Of a DNA stretch of 64,000 nt, positions 28,825-37,774 are shown piece after piece (positions within the stretch are counted from its first letter, which is position 1; each line of letters opens with the position of its first letter). The translations under genes were made by a program, and so were the position numbers. The notes under the pieces are model-generated. The model saw only the letters and a list, made by a program, of their open reading frames with translations, made no database searches and had not been told where the DNA came from. The DNA is from an uncultured Gemmatimonadales bacterium (GTDB lineage: Bacteria; Gemmatimonadota; Gemmatimonadetes; Gemmatimonadales; GWC2-71-9): assembly GCA_963730185.1 (NCBI GenBank), contig CAVSQW010000009.1:192001-256000 (forward strand), written 5' to 3'.

Positions 28825-30807
28825 ATGTGTGGCCTGGCCGGGATGGTGCGCTTCGACGGTCGGCCCGTCGATCGCCGGGTGCTCGAGGCCATGGGCGAGC
28901 GACTCCGGCATCGGGGGCCGGACGACGACGGCATCGCCGTCGAGGGTTCCGTCGGCCTCTGCCACCGCCGGCTGGCCATCATCGACCTGGCCACCGGGCG
29001 TCAGCCGATGACCGACGGCGATCGGACCCTCGTCTACAACGGCGAGGTGTATAACTATGTGGAGCTTCGTGACGAGCTCCGAGCCCTGGGCCACACCTTC
29101 CGAACGAACTCGGACACCGAGGTGCTGCTCGAGGCCTATGCCGAGTGGGGCGACGGCTTCGTCGAACGTTTGAACGGCATGTTCGCGTTCGTGCTCCACG
29201 ATCGAGCCCAAGGACGGATCGTAGCGGCGCGGGATCCCTTCGGCATCAAGCCCCTCTACTACCACCGGAACGACGACCGGCTGCTCTATGCCTCGGAGAT
29301 CAAGGCCCTCCTGGCGGACCCGTCGGTGGAGGCGGCTACCGACCCGGCCAGCTTGGCCGACTACCTGACCTTTCAGTTCGTGCTCGGATCGGGCACCCTG
29401 TTCCGGGGCATTCGGAAGCTGGGGCCCGGTGAGGTCCAGGTGGTATGCACGGCCTCCGGCCGGACCACGTCGCGGCGCTATTGGGAGCCGCGCTTCGACA
29501 TCGACTACGATCACACCGAGGAGTACTTCGTCGCCGAGCTCCGCCGCCTCCTCGGCGACGCGGTCCGTCTCCAGCTGCGGAGCGACGTACCGGTCGGAAC
29601 GTACCTGAGCGGCGGTCTCGACTCCGGCCTGGTCACGGAGCTGGCCGCGGCCGAGCTTCCGGGTCGCCTCCAGTCCTTCACCGGGGCGTTCGACGAGGGC
29701 GAGGCGTTCGACGAGCGCCGATTTGCCCGGCTGGTCGCGAACGACGCCGGCGCCGAGATGCACCAGGTGGTGCCCACCGAGCGCGACTTCGTGGACCTGC
29801 TCCCCCGGCTCGTGTACCAGATGGACGAACCGGCGGCCGGGCCCGGTCTCTTCCCGCAGTACATGGTGTCACGGCGGGCGGCAGCCTCGGTGAAGGTCTG
29901 CTTGGGAGGTCAGGGCGGCGACGAGATCTTCGGCGGCTATGCCCGGTACCTGGTCGCCTATCTGGAGCAGGCGCTCAAGGGCGCGATCTTCGAGACCAAC
30001 GAGGAGCGTGAGCACATCGTCTCCCTCCAGTCGATCGTGCCCCACCTGGCCAGCTTGCGCCAGTACGTCCCGATGCTGACCGAGTTCTGGCGTGAGGATC
30101 TCTTCGAGCCGATGGATCGCCGCTACTTCCGGCTGATCGACCGGAGCGGCGGTATCCTGGGCCTCGCGACCCGGGACTTCCGGTCCGGCTACCAACGGGA
30201 GGCGGTGTTCGGGCGGTTTCAGGGCGTCTTCAACCACCCGGACACCCTGTCGTACTACAACAGGATGACCCACTTCGACATGGTGACCAGCCTCCCGGCG
30301 CTCCTCCACGTGGAGGACCGGGCCAGCATGGCGTCGTCGTTGGAGTCCCGGGTGCCGCTGCTCGACCGGCGGATCGTCGAGCTGGTCACCAGCATGCCGC
30401 CCAAGATGAAGTTCAAGGGTGGCGAGCTCAAGTACGTTCTCAAGAAGGCGGCCCGGGGAATCCTGCCCGAAGCGATCATCGACCGGAAGGAGAAGATGGG
30501 ATTCCCGGTCCCGCTTCACCTCTGGTCACGCGGCGCCTGCCGGGAGTTCTTCACCGACGTCCTGACCTCCCGCGCCGCCCGCGAGCGGGGACTGTTCGCG
30601 CCGACGGCCGTGACCCGGGCGTTCAAGACCGAGGCCGCCTTCGGGCGACGGCTCTGGGGGTTGGTCAACCTGGAGCTTTGGCACCGCCAGTACATCGACG
30701 TTCCCCCGGCTCCACCGCCGGCTCCGATCCGGGTTCGGACCGGGTCCCGGCCGGCGACTCGACAGAAGAGGAAACGATGCCGCTCGAAATCACCAACGGC
30801 GAGGTAA
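28825..30807 (+). CDS. asnB: Asparagine synthase (glutamine-hydrolysing), glycan amidotransferase type
   Basis: MCGLAG N-terminal Cys, HRGPD, RLAIIDL, YNGEVYN, LSGGLDS, GGDEIFGGY, ESRVPLLD, KMGF. Confidence 0.95.
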   Translation: MCGLAGMVRFDGRPVDRRVLEAMGERLRHRGPDDDGIAVEGSVGLCHRRLAIIDLATGRQPMTDGDRTLVYNGEVYNYVELRDELRALGHTFRTNSDTEVLLEAYAEWGDGFVERLNGMFAFVLHDRAQGRIVAARDPFGIKPLYYHRNDDRLLYASEIKALLADPSVEAATDPASLADYLTFQFVLGSGTLFRGIRKLGPGEVQVVCTASGRTTSRRYWEPRFDIDYDHTEEYFVAELRRLLGDAVRLQLRSDVPVGTYLSGGLDSGLVTELAAAELPGRLQSFTGAFDEGEAFDERRFARLVANDAGAEMHQVVPTERDFVDLLPRLVYQMDEPAAGPGLFPQYMVSRRAAASVKVCLGGQGGDEIFGGYARYLVAYLEQALKGAIFETNEEREHIVSLQSIVPHLASLRQYVPMLTEFWREDLFEPMDRRYFRLIDRSGGILGLATRDFRSGYQREAVFGRFQGVFNHPDTLSYYNRMTHFDMVTSLPALLHVEDRASMASSLESRVPLLDRRIVELVTSMPPKMKFKGGELKYVLKKAARGILPEAIIDRKEKMGFPVPLHLWSRGACREFFTDVLTSRAARERGLFAPTAVTRAFKTEAAFGRRLWGLVNLELWHRQYIDVPPAPPPAPIRVRTGSRPATRQKRKRCRSKSPTAR

Positions 30808-32537
30808 CTCGCTGGGAGGTCAGGAAGATCGCCGTCGTCGGCCCCGGAATCGTGGGCATGCCGATGGCCGCCCTGCTGGCGCACGCCCGGATCACGGAAG
30901 GGCGGTCCGAGCCCGCCACCGTGACCGTCATTCAACGTGACTCGCCGACCTCCGGCTGGAAGGTCGAGGCGATCAACCGGGGCCGCTCGCCGATCGGCGG
31001 AGTGGAGCCGGGTCTCGACGCCATCGTGGCCGACGCCGTGAAGGCCGGGCTCCTCCAGGCCTCGCACGACTTCGAGGATCTGCACGACGCCGACGTCGTC
31101 CTGATCTCGGTCCAAACCGACAAGAAGGGACTCGCCCCCGACTACGGTCCGCTGGATGCGGCGCTCGATCGTGTCACGGCCGCGCTGGCCCGGCGTCCGG
31201 CCGGGAACGTGCCCCTGGTGATCTTCGAGTCCACCCTCGCGCCGTCGTCGATGAGCACCGTGATCCGCGAGCGCTTCGAGCGGGCCGGACTGATCGAGGG
31301 TCGCGACGTGCTGCTCGGCAACAGTCCGAACCGGGTCATGCCCGGCCGCCTGGTCGATCGCGTCGCCGCGGCCGACAAGATCGCGGGCGGCCTGAGCCCC
31401 GCGACGCCACAGTTGATCCGCCGGCTCTACCGCCGGATCGTGACGGACGGGACCATTCACGTCACCAACAGCCTGACGGCCGAGGTCGTCAAGACCCTCG
31501 AGAACGCCTACCGTGACGTCCGGATCGCGTTCTCGGCCGAGGTGGTCCGGTGGTGCGATGCCCGGGGGATCGACTTCTATCGCTTGCGCCATGACGTGAA
31601 CCAGCGCCTCGATCAGACCGACCTGGCGGGCGCCGACCCCAATGCCGTCCCCAGCGGTGGCCTCCTGGTACCGACGGTCGGCGTGGGCGGCCACTGTCTG
31701 CCGAAGGACGGCATCCTGCTCTATTGGCGTTGGATCGAGAGCGGGCGGCCGACCGAGGCGAGCTTGATTCTGGAGGCCCGGGTCGTGAACGACGAATCGC
31801 CGGCCGAGACCATCACCATGGCCGAACGGGCGTTCGGCTCCCTGGCGGGACAACGGGTCGCGCTTCTCGGCGCGGCCTATCGGTTCAACTCCGAGGATAC
31901 CCGAAACTCGCCGACCCTGGTCCTGGCTCGCCAGTTGGTCGAGGCGGGGGTGTCGGTTCGGATTCACGATCCCTACGTCAAGGGCGACGACCAGAATCTC
32001 CTCCGTTTCGGGATGGCCGACCGGTTCACGACGGACCTCGCCGAGGCGCTCGAGGGCGCCGACCTGGCCATCCTTTGTGCGGCCCATGCGGTCTACGCCG
32101 ACCTCGCCGTACCCATGAAGCGAGCCGGCGTCGGTCGGCTGGTCGACGGTTGCCACCTGGTCGGGCACCACGATCGGGCCCGGTGGCCGGGACGCGTGAT
32201 CGGGATCGGTCACGGTGCCACGCCGCCGACCCCGGAGCTCGTCGACCAGGTCTATAAGGGGTTCCGCGCGATGGAGCGCGGGGTGGCCAACGAGGTGGCC
32301 GCCCTGGTGGACTTCCTGAACGAGGCCTACGCCGATACCGAGTTCGAGCGGGTCGCGATGGACACGGTTCAGCGGCTGGCGCGCACCTGCGTCACGGGCT
32401 GTGTGATCGTCGATCCGGGTCCGGTAGAGTGGTGTCCGGTGGCCGGCGGGGTACCGTCCCGCCTGGTGCAGCGGGCGATGTGGGGCTCGCCGGCGCTGAC
32501 CGCGGCGCGGCCGGGCTCGGGCAGAGGTCCGGCTTGA
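30777..32537 (+). CDS. Nucleotide-sugar dehydrogenase (WecC/UDP-Glc/GDP-Man family) with C-terminal extension
   Basis: VVGPGIVG, ESTLAP, KTLENAYRDV, GVGGHCLPKD, AYRFNSEDTRNSP, HDPYV. Confidence 0.9.
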   Translation: MPLEITNGEVTRWEVRKIAVVGPGIVGMPMAALLAHARITEGRSEPATVTVIQRDSPTSGWKVEAINRGRSPIGGVEPGLDAIVADAVKAGLLQASHDFEDLHDADVVLISVQTDKKGLAPDYGPLDAALDRVTAALARRPAGNVPLVIFESTLAPSSMSTVIRERFERAGLIEGRDVLLGNSPNRVMPGRLVDRVAAADKIAGGLSPATPQLIRRLYRRIVTDGTIHVTNSLTAEVVKTLENAYRDVRIAFSAEVVRWCDARGIDFYRLRHDVNQRLDQTDLAGADPNAVPSGGLLVPTVGVGGHCLPKDGILLYWRWIESGRPTEASLILEARVVNDESPAETITMAERAFGSLAGQRVALLGAAYRFNSEDTRNSPTLVLARQLVEAGVSVRIHDPYVKGDDQNLLRFGMADRFTTDLAEALEGADLAILCAAHAVYADLAVPMKRAGVGRLVDGCHLVGHHDRARWPGRVIGIGHGATPPTPELVDQVYKGFRAMERGVANEVAALVDFLNEAYADTEFERVAMDTVQRLARTCVTGCVIVDPGPVEWCPVAGGVPSRLVQRAMWGSPALTAARPGSGRGPA

Positions 32538-34251
32538 CGAAGAGCTGGAACCGGAGCCGCGGCCGGCCCGCCCGATTGGGCCAGACGTTCAGGTCGCGAC
32601 AGAGAATCAACCCTTGCTCGGTGGCCCGCCGGAGCCCCGGGTTTCCCGGCACCCAGGTGCTCAGCAACGAGGCGGAGGGAAAGCGTTCCCACGCGTCGAG
32701 GTTCTCTCCGGCCCGCCAGAGCGAGATGGGCAGCAGCCGGGTCCCCAGCGCAAACGTCGCCGCGGCGTCGCCGATCATCACCTGGGCCTCCGGCGGCCAA
32801 TCGCTCGCCAACGTCGCGATCTCGCGGCCCGCGTTCCGCACCGAGAAGGTCGGGTGGGCCGCGTACTCGGCGAAACGACCAGGATCGTTGATCAGGAAGG
32901 CCACCACCGGGATCCAGGCCGGCAAGATCAGCGCGCGCCGGGGAGGGCGGCGCCAGCTCAGCACCAGGACCGCGGCCACGACCAGGGCGACGGACCCGAA
33001 GGCGGCCAGCGGCACGATCGGCGCGAGGGCGCCGAGTCCCAGCCGGGTGAGCACCCGTCCCAGCCGGGGCACCACGTGCGGTTGCGCGTAGAACGCCGCG
33101 GTGAGCCCCAGGACCAGGCCGCCCAGGGCGAGACCGCCCCGTCGCGACGGCCGGTCGCCAGCGTTAGGCCAACGGAGCCCACCGGTGAGCACCGCATCGG
33201 TGGCCAGCAGTACCAACGGCGGGAGCAGAAAGAAGAAGCGCCTGCTGGGGATGAAATGAAGACCCGCGCTCACCAGCAGGCCGATGCCGACCCACAGCCA
33301 GCAGAACGTCTCGATCGGGTCGCGGTGGTCGCCGGCCGCTCCGGTCAGGCGGGCGCTCAGGAAGAACATCGCCACGACCAGCGGCACGATCGCCCGCCGG
33401 AAGAACCAGTTGACCGGGAGGCCGAACCCGCCCAGGCCGATGTAGGAGGCCCCGAGCAAGTCGGCCTTCATCTGAAAGCCGTTGGCCACGGTCGCCGTGA
33501 GCTGGCTTCGGAGCGCCTCCCAGTGCGGCACCGTCACCAGGACCAGGTAGACAAGCAGCATGACGGCGGCCCCAGCTCCGAACCGGGCCAGGAGCCCAAG
33601 CGCCCGTCGCGCAGGTGCCGGATCGGGGCCCCGCCGAGCTTCGAGCCACCAGAAGGCGGCGACCACCACCCCGATCACCAGGGCCGACGGCTTGGAGAGC
33701 ATCGCGGCGCCGAAGGCGAGACCGGCCCCGATCGCCCATCGGGGACGGGCCAGGGCCTCCAGGGCCGTGGCCACGGTCCCGACGATGAAGAGCAGCTGGA
33801 ACGATTCGGTCAGGCCGACCCGGTTCATGACCAGCATCGGGTAGCTCAACCCCAGGGCCAGCGCTGGAGCGAGCGCTCGCCCGGTCGACCGCCGGCGCCT
33901 GAGCGTCAGGTAGAGGACCAGGCAGGTCAGGAAGCCGGCCACCCCGGAGAGCAGGCGGGTCTCCGTCAGCCCCACGCCGATCACCCGATAGATCAGCGCC
34001 AGGGTGGCGGAGTAGAGCGGGGTGAGGAAGAGGGCCGGGTTATGCTGGTCGCGAATCCAGTGGCCGAAGAGGACCAGGTTGCGGGCGTTGTGGGCCCACC
34101 ATCCTTCGTCGAAGACCCAGTTCGGCTCGAGGTCGCCCGGGGGATCGGCCGCGAGCGCCAGCACCCGGGGGAGCAGTACCAGGACGACCAGGAGCACGAT
34201 CGCCCACCCGCTCCTCCGTCCCGACGCTGGAGGCCGGCCGGGGTCCGTCAT
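32392..34251 (-). CDS. GT-C (ArnT/GT39 PMT-like) multi-pass membrane glycosyltransferase
   Basis: First-loop acidic motif FDEGWWAHNARN, TPLY, RLLS, ES, SKP, RFFFLLPP; about 12 TM segments. The 3' end is uncertain because it overlaps a convergent gene. Confidence 0.8.
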   Translation of the reverse strand: MTDPGRPPASGRRSGWAIVLLVVLVLLPRVLALAADPPGDLEPNWVFDEGWWAHNARNLVLFGHWIRDQHNPALFLTPLYSATLALIYRVIGVGLTETRLLSGVAGFLTCLVLYLTLRRRRSTGRALAPALALGLSYPMLVMNRVGLTESFQLLFIVGTVATALEALARPRWAIGAGLAFGAAMLSKPSALVIGVVVAAFWWLEARRGPDPAPARRALGLLARFGAGAAVMLLVYLVLVTVPHWEALRSQLTATVANGFQMKADLLGASYIGLGGFGLPVNWFFRRAIVPLVVAMFFLSARLTGAAGDHRDPIETFCWLWVGIGLLVSAGLHFIPSRRFFFLLPPLVLLATDAVLTGGLRWPNAGDRPSRRGGLALGGLVLGLTAAFYAQPHVVPRLGRVLTRLGLGALAPIVPLAAFGSVALVVAAVLVLSWRRPPRRALILPAWIPVVAFLINDPGRFAEYAAHPTFSVRNAGREIATLASDWPPEAQVMIGDAAATFALGTRLLPISLWRAGENLDAWERFPSASLLSTWVPGNPGLRRATEQGLILCRDLNVWPNRAGRPRLRFQLFVKPDLCPSPAAPRSAPASPTSPAAPGGTVPRRPPDTTLPDPDRRSHSP

Positions 34252-35285
34252 CGGGCGGCGCGCTCCCGATGGGGGCCAAGCCGCCGTTCCAGGCGCTCGA
34301 AAGCCTCATGGTCGATCCGGCGGCGATTGGCGACCTCGAACGCCCGGAGGCTCGGATCACCCCACTCCGGCCGGAACGGCTCGCCGAGCCCGTCGACGGA
34401 TGCCCGTCTGACGGTCGCCAGCGGATCGGCGCAGAAGGCTTCGTACGAGACGATCCAGAAACGTTCCGGCCCGATTGCGGCCAACTGCCGTTCGGCCAGC
34501 CGCTCGTGAAACTCGACTTGGCGGCAGACGCTCTCGATCGGATCGGGGTCGTCGGTGTCGGCGAGGCCGTACGGGGTCTCGTCGCCTCCGTGAATGTCGC
34601 GACGGGCTCGGAGCAGCGACTGGGCCAGGTAGACCGGATCGCGCCGCAAGCAGATGAACCGGGCGGTCGGCAGGGCCTCGGCGACCAGACGCGCGGTGGC
34701 GTTCAAGCTGTTGTTCTTGGCGACCAGCGGGGCCCGGTAGATCTGCTCGAAGGCGCCGAAGAAGCGGCGCATGGCGTCGGCCGCCGGCGCACCGAGGGCC
34801 TCCGGAATCGTGGTCCGATCGGCGCCGAGCCAACGGTCCCAGAGATGCAGGGCGTCGTTGGGACCCGAGAGGCGACTGCTCTTGCCGTAGTAGCTGTGGT
34901 ACTCGACCGCCCGACTCTGGGGAATCCGGCCGAACAGCCGGTTGGCCGTCAGGGGCGACCTGGGAAAGATGGCGGTGAGATTGTTGATGAAGGCCACCGG
35001 CAGGTTTCGGATGAGCACCTGGGTCATCAACGTGGTCCCGGACCGGGGCGGTCCGCACACCAGGATCATCGGGCGGGTCGGGGGCGAGGCGCGATGGTAG
35101 AGTCCCCGCTCCCACCGTCGCAGGATCAGGTCGGCCGGCGTGGCCACGACGCCCAGCGCCGCCGACATCATGGCGAAGCGGGCGGCGTCGTCCCCACTCC
35201 GAATCAGCCGGGCCGCCAGGCCGAAGGGGTCGTGGAAGTGCGCCGGTACGAACCGGTGAAGGGAGCGTCGGAGCGAAGGAGCCAT
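34248..35285 (-). CDS. Sulfotransferase family protein
   Basis: 5'-PSB-like GPPRSGTT, 3'-PB-like LRRDPVYLAQS, VSYEAFCADP; ATGA overlap with the GT-C gene. Confidence 0.88.
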   Translation of the reverse strand: MAPSLRRSLHRFVPAHFHDPFGLAARLIRSGDDAARFAMMSAALGVVATPADLILRRWERGLYHRASPPTRPMILVCGPPRSGTTLMTQVLIRNLPVAFINNLTAIFPRSPLTANRLFGRIPQSRAVEYHSYYGKSSRLSGPNDALHLWDRWLGADRTTIPEALGAPAADAMRRFFGAFEQIYRAPLVAKNNSLNATARLVAEALPTARFICLRRDPVYLAQSLLRARRDIHGGDETPYGLADTDDPDPIESVCRQVEFHERLAERQLAAIGPERFWIVSYEAFCADPLATVRRASVDGLGEPFRPEWGDPSLRAFEVANRRRIDHEAFERLERRLGPHRERAAR

Positions 35286-35374
35286 GGGCGATCGATGAAC
35301 GGGCAAGTTACGGGCCAGTTGACCCGGCCGCCATGCGGGATTGGCCGTCGGCGACCTCGTGCGAGGGCCGCGCC

Positions 35375-36364
35375 GTGAGCCGCCGATTGCGCTTCGGCCT
35401 CCGCCTCGTGGCCGGTCTTACCCTTCTGGGGCTGATCGTCACCCGGATCGATCGAACCGGCCTCACCCTCCGTCCGACCCCGGCGGTGCTGCTGGGCGTC
35501 ATGACCTCGGCCGGCCTGCTGCTGCTCAGCCAGGCGCTGGCCGCGTGGCGATGGAAGCTGATTCTCCGGGCCCCGGACCTTCCCTGGGCCTATCTGGTCC
35601 GGCTCTACGTGATCGCGGCGTTCTTCAACCTGCTACTTCCCTCGGCGGCCGGCGGGGATGCCGTTCGGGCCGCCGCCGCCGCTCGGGGCGCGCGCCAGCC
35701 TGGCGCTGTGGTGGTGAGCGTCGTCGTGGATCGCCTTTTCGGGGTCCTGGCTCTGCTGATCTACGCCGTGGTCGGACTCCTCGTGGCCGGCGGGGTGCCG
35801 CCGATGTTGAGCAGGGCCGTGGAGTGGCGGGTTAACCCGCTGGGGCTGGCCGCCGGTGCCCTCGGCTTGGCGGTGGTCGGTGGGCTCGCCGTGCGGGTGG
35901 CGCGGCGGAGCCGCCGGTTGGCCGTGATCGTCGACGACGGCTTCGCGTTGGGACGAAGCCTGCTTCGCGCTCCGGGGACGGTGCTCGCCGCCGTGGGTCT
36001 GGCGATGGTGGTGCAGGGGCTCATGATCCTGATCTGGGCCACCCTGGCCCGGAGCCTCGGTCTCGCGATTCCACCGACCGCCCTGCTGGTGGCGGTGCCC
36101 CTGGTCACCCTCGGCTCGATGCTGCCGATCACGCTTTCCGGCCTCGGGGTCCGGGAGGGCATTTGGCTCCTGCTGCTCGGGGCGTCCGGTCTGCCATCGG
36201 GCACCATCGTCGGCTTCAGTCTGCTCTATTTCGCCGCCGCGGTCGTCGTCGGCCTCGTCGGGCTGACGCTCTTCGTGTCGCTGGGGCTAAAGCCGCGTGG
36301 GGGTCTGGCGATCGCCGGAACGCAGATCGAGGCCATCGCGGGACCACGGGTCAGTCCACCATAG
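35375..36364 (+). CDS. Lysylphosphatidylglycerol synthase TM-domain / flippase-like protein
   Basis: AWRWKLIL, FFNLLLPSAAGGDAVR, VVVDR, LPITLSGLGVREG. Confidence 0.88.
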   Translation: MSRRLRFGLRLVAGLTLLGLIVTRIDRTGLTLRPTPAVLLGVMTSAGLLLLSQALAAWRWKLILRAPDLPWAYLVRLYVIAAFFNLLLPSAAGGDAVRAAAAARGARQPGAVVVSVVVDRLFGVLALLIYAVVGLLVAGGVPPMLSRAVEWRVNPLGLAAGALGLAVVGGLAVRVARRSRRLAVIVDDGFALGRSLLRAPGTVLAAVGLAMVVQGLMILIWATLARSLGLAIPPTALLVAVPLVTLGSMLPITLSGLGVREGIWLLLLGASGLPSGTIVGFSLLYFAAAVVVGLVGLTLFVSLGLKPRGGLAIAGTQIEAIAGPRVSPP

Positions 36365-37433
36365 TGGCGACGGCCGCCGCGATGGCGAGGGCCGCGTCTC
36401 CCGATCCGTAGGCCTCGCGGTTCCACCCAGCCTCCCCCGGCGGTCCGGTGCGGCCCCGGCGTCGGACCTGTTCGGGCAGCGCCGTTGCGGCCGTGCGCGG
36501 GTCCACCAGCACGTTGGCGCCCAGGGCGACCGTCTCGCTCCACTCGGTTTCGGTCCGGACGGTCGTGCACGGCGTCCCGAGCCAGTAGGCCTCCCGCTGG
36601 ACCCCTCCCGAGTCGGTGATCACGAGGTCGGCATCGCGAATGTGCGCCAGCGTCTCGAGATAGCCGAACGGCGCCAGCGGCCGCAGGTTCGAGCCGAGGC
36701 GCCGGGTCAGGCCGTTCGCGTCGATGGTGTGGCGGGTCCGGGGGTGTAGAGGCAGCAGGACCGGGCGGTCGATGGCGCTGAGACCGTCCAGCACCGCCGC
36801 CAACGCATCGCGATCGTCGGTCAGCTCGGCCCGGTGCATGGTGGCCAGCACGAAGCGGTCGTCATTGTCCGGAGCGGGGGCTCGACTCAGGTTCCGTTCC
36901 AGGACGTCCCGGGCCACGTCTCCGGTGAAGACGATCCGGCCCCCGACGGATTCCGCGCCCAGTCGGGCCTCCGCCGCACGCGACGGGGCGCAAAGCAGGT
37001 CGGCCACGGCATCGACCACCCGGCGGTTGATCTCCTCGGGCATGAGCCGGTCTCGGGCCCGCAGGCCGGCTTCCACGTGCACGACCGGGATCCGCAGCTT
37101 GACCGCGGCCAGGGCCCCACCCAGCGTGCTGTTGGTGTCGCCGATCACGATCACGGCCGACGGCTTTCGACGCTCGAACTCGGCGGCGGCTCCCTCGAGG
37201 ATGGCCGCGGTCTGGCGGGCGTGGTCGCTCGACCCGACGCCGAGCAGCACGTCGGGCGGTCGGACGCCGAGCTGTTCGTAGAGGAGGGCATTGAGCTCGT
37301 AGTCGTAGTGCTGCCCGGTGTCGATGGTCACCAGGTCGTACCGGTCTTCCAGGGCCGCGATCACGAGCGACGCCTTGATGACCTGCGGACGGGTCCCGTA
37401 ACACAGCGCCAACGGTGCACTACGCTCCGCCAT
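36351..37433 (-). CDS. wecB: UDP-N-acetylglucosamine 2-epimerase (non-hydrolysing)
   Basis: GTRPQVIK, TGQHYD, GDTNS, HVEAGLR, MPEEINR, TMHRAE, TDSGGVQREA. Confidence 0.95.
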   Translation of the reverse strand: MAERSAPLALCYGTRPQVIKASLVIAALEDRYDLVTIDTGQHYDYELNALLYEQLGVRPPDVLLGVGSSDHARQTAAILEGAAAEFERRKPSAVIVIGDTNSTLGGALAAVKLRIPVVHVEAGLRARDRLMPEEINRRVVDAVADLLCAPSRAAEARLGAESVGGRIVFTGDVARDVLERNLSRAPAPDNDDRFVLATMHRAELTDDRDALAAVLDGLSAIDRPVLLPLHPRTRHTIDANGLTRRLGSNLRPLAPFGYLETLAHIRDADLVITDSGGVQREAYWLGTPCTTVRTETEWSETVALGANVLVDPRTAATALPEQVRRRGRTGPPGEAGWNREAYGSGDAALAIAAAVATMVD

Positions 37434-37774
37434 CGACACCTCGGGATCGGGGAAGGTCCCGGCAATATGGGGGACAGCCGCCCGCCGGGCCACGGAGCCG
37501 CCCGGTCGGTTTGCCCGCGCCAACGGAGATCGACGGGCGCCGCTCGAAGCCGATGGCTGGCCCCGGGAAGCTCCCTCCGATCCGGGGTGCAGGGCACGCC
37601 ACCGTAGGACCGCCGGGTCATGGCCATGGCGTACGTCCAGCTGGCGTCCCGGGGACTGCTTGACCCTGGTAGCAGGCCCGGAGGCAAGTCGAGTTCCTGA
37701 TCATCTGAGCTCGGAGGGCGGCCCGGCCCGGCTTGCCCACTGCGCCGCCGGGGCGATACCGTTGGGTTACCCCC

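Noticed and set aside
37434..37774. Possible tRNA-Sec, SRP or other ncRNA in the 340-bp intergenic region (stems ctgct..agcag, ccggg..cccgg)
   Set aside because: No cloverleaf, T-loop, CCA or SRP core motif. Short GC stems are expected by chance. An Rfam scan would settle it.
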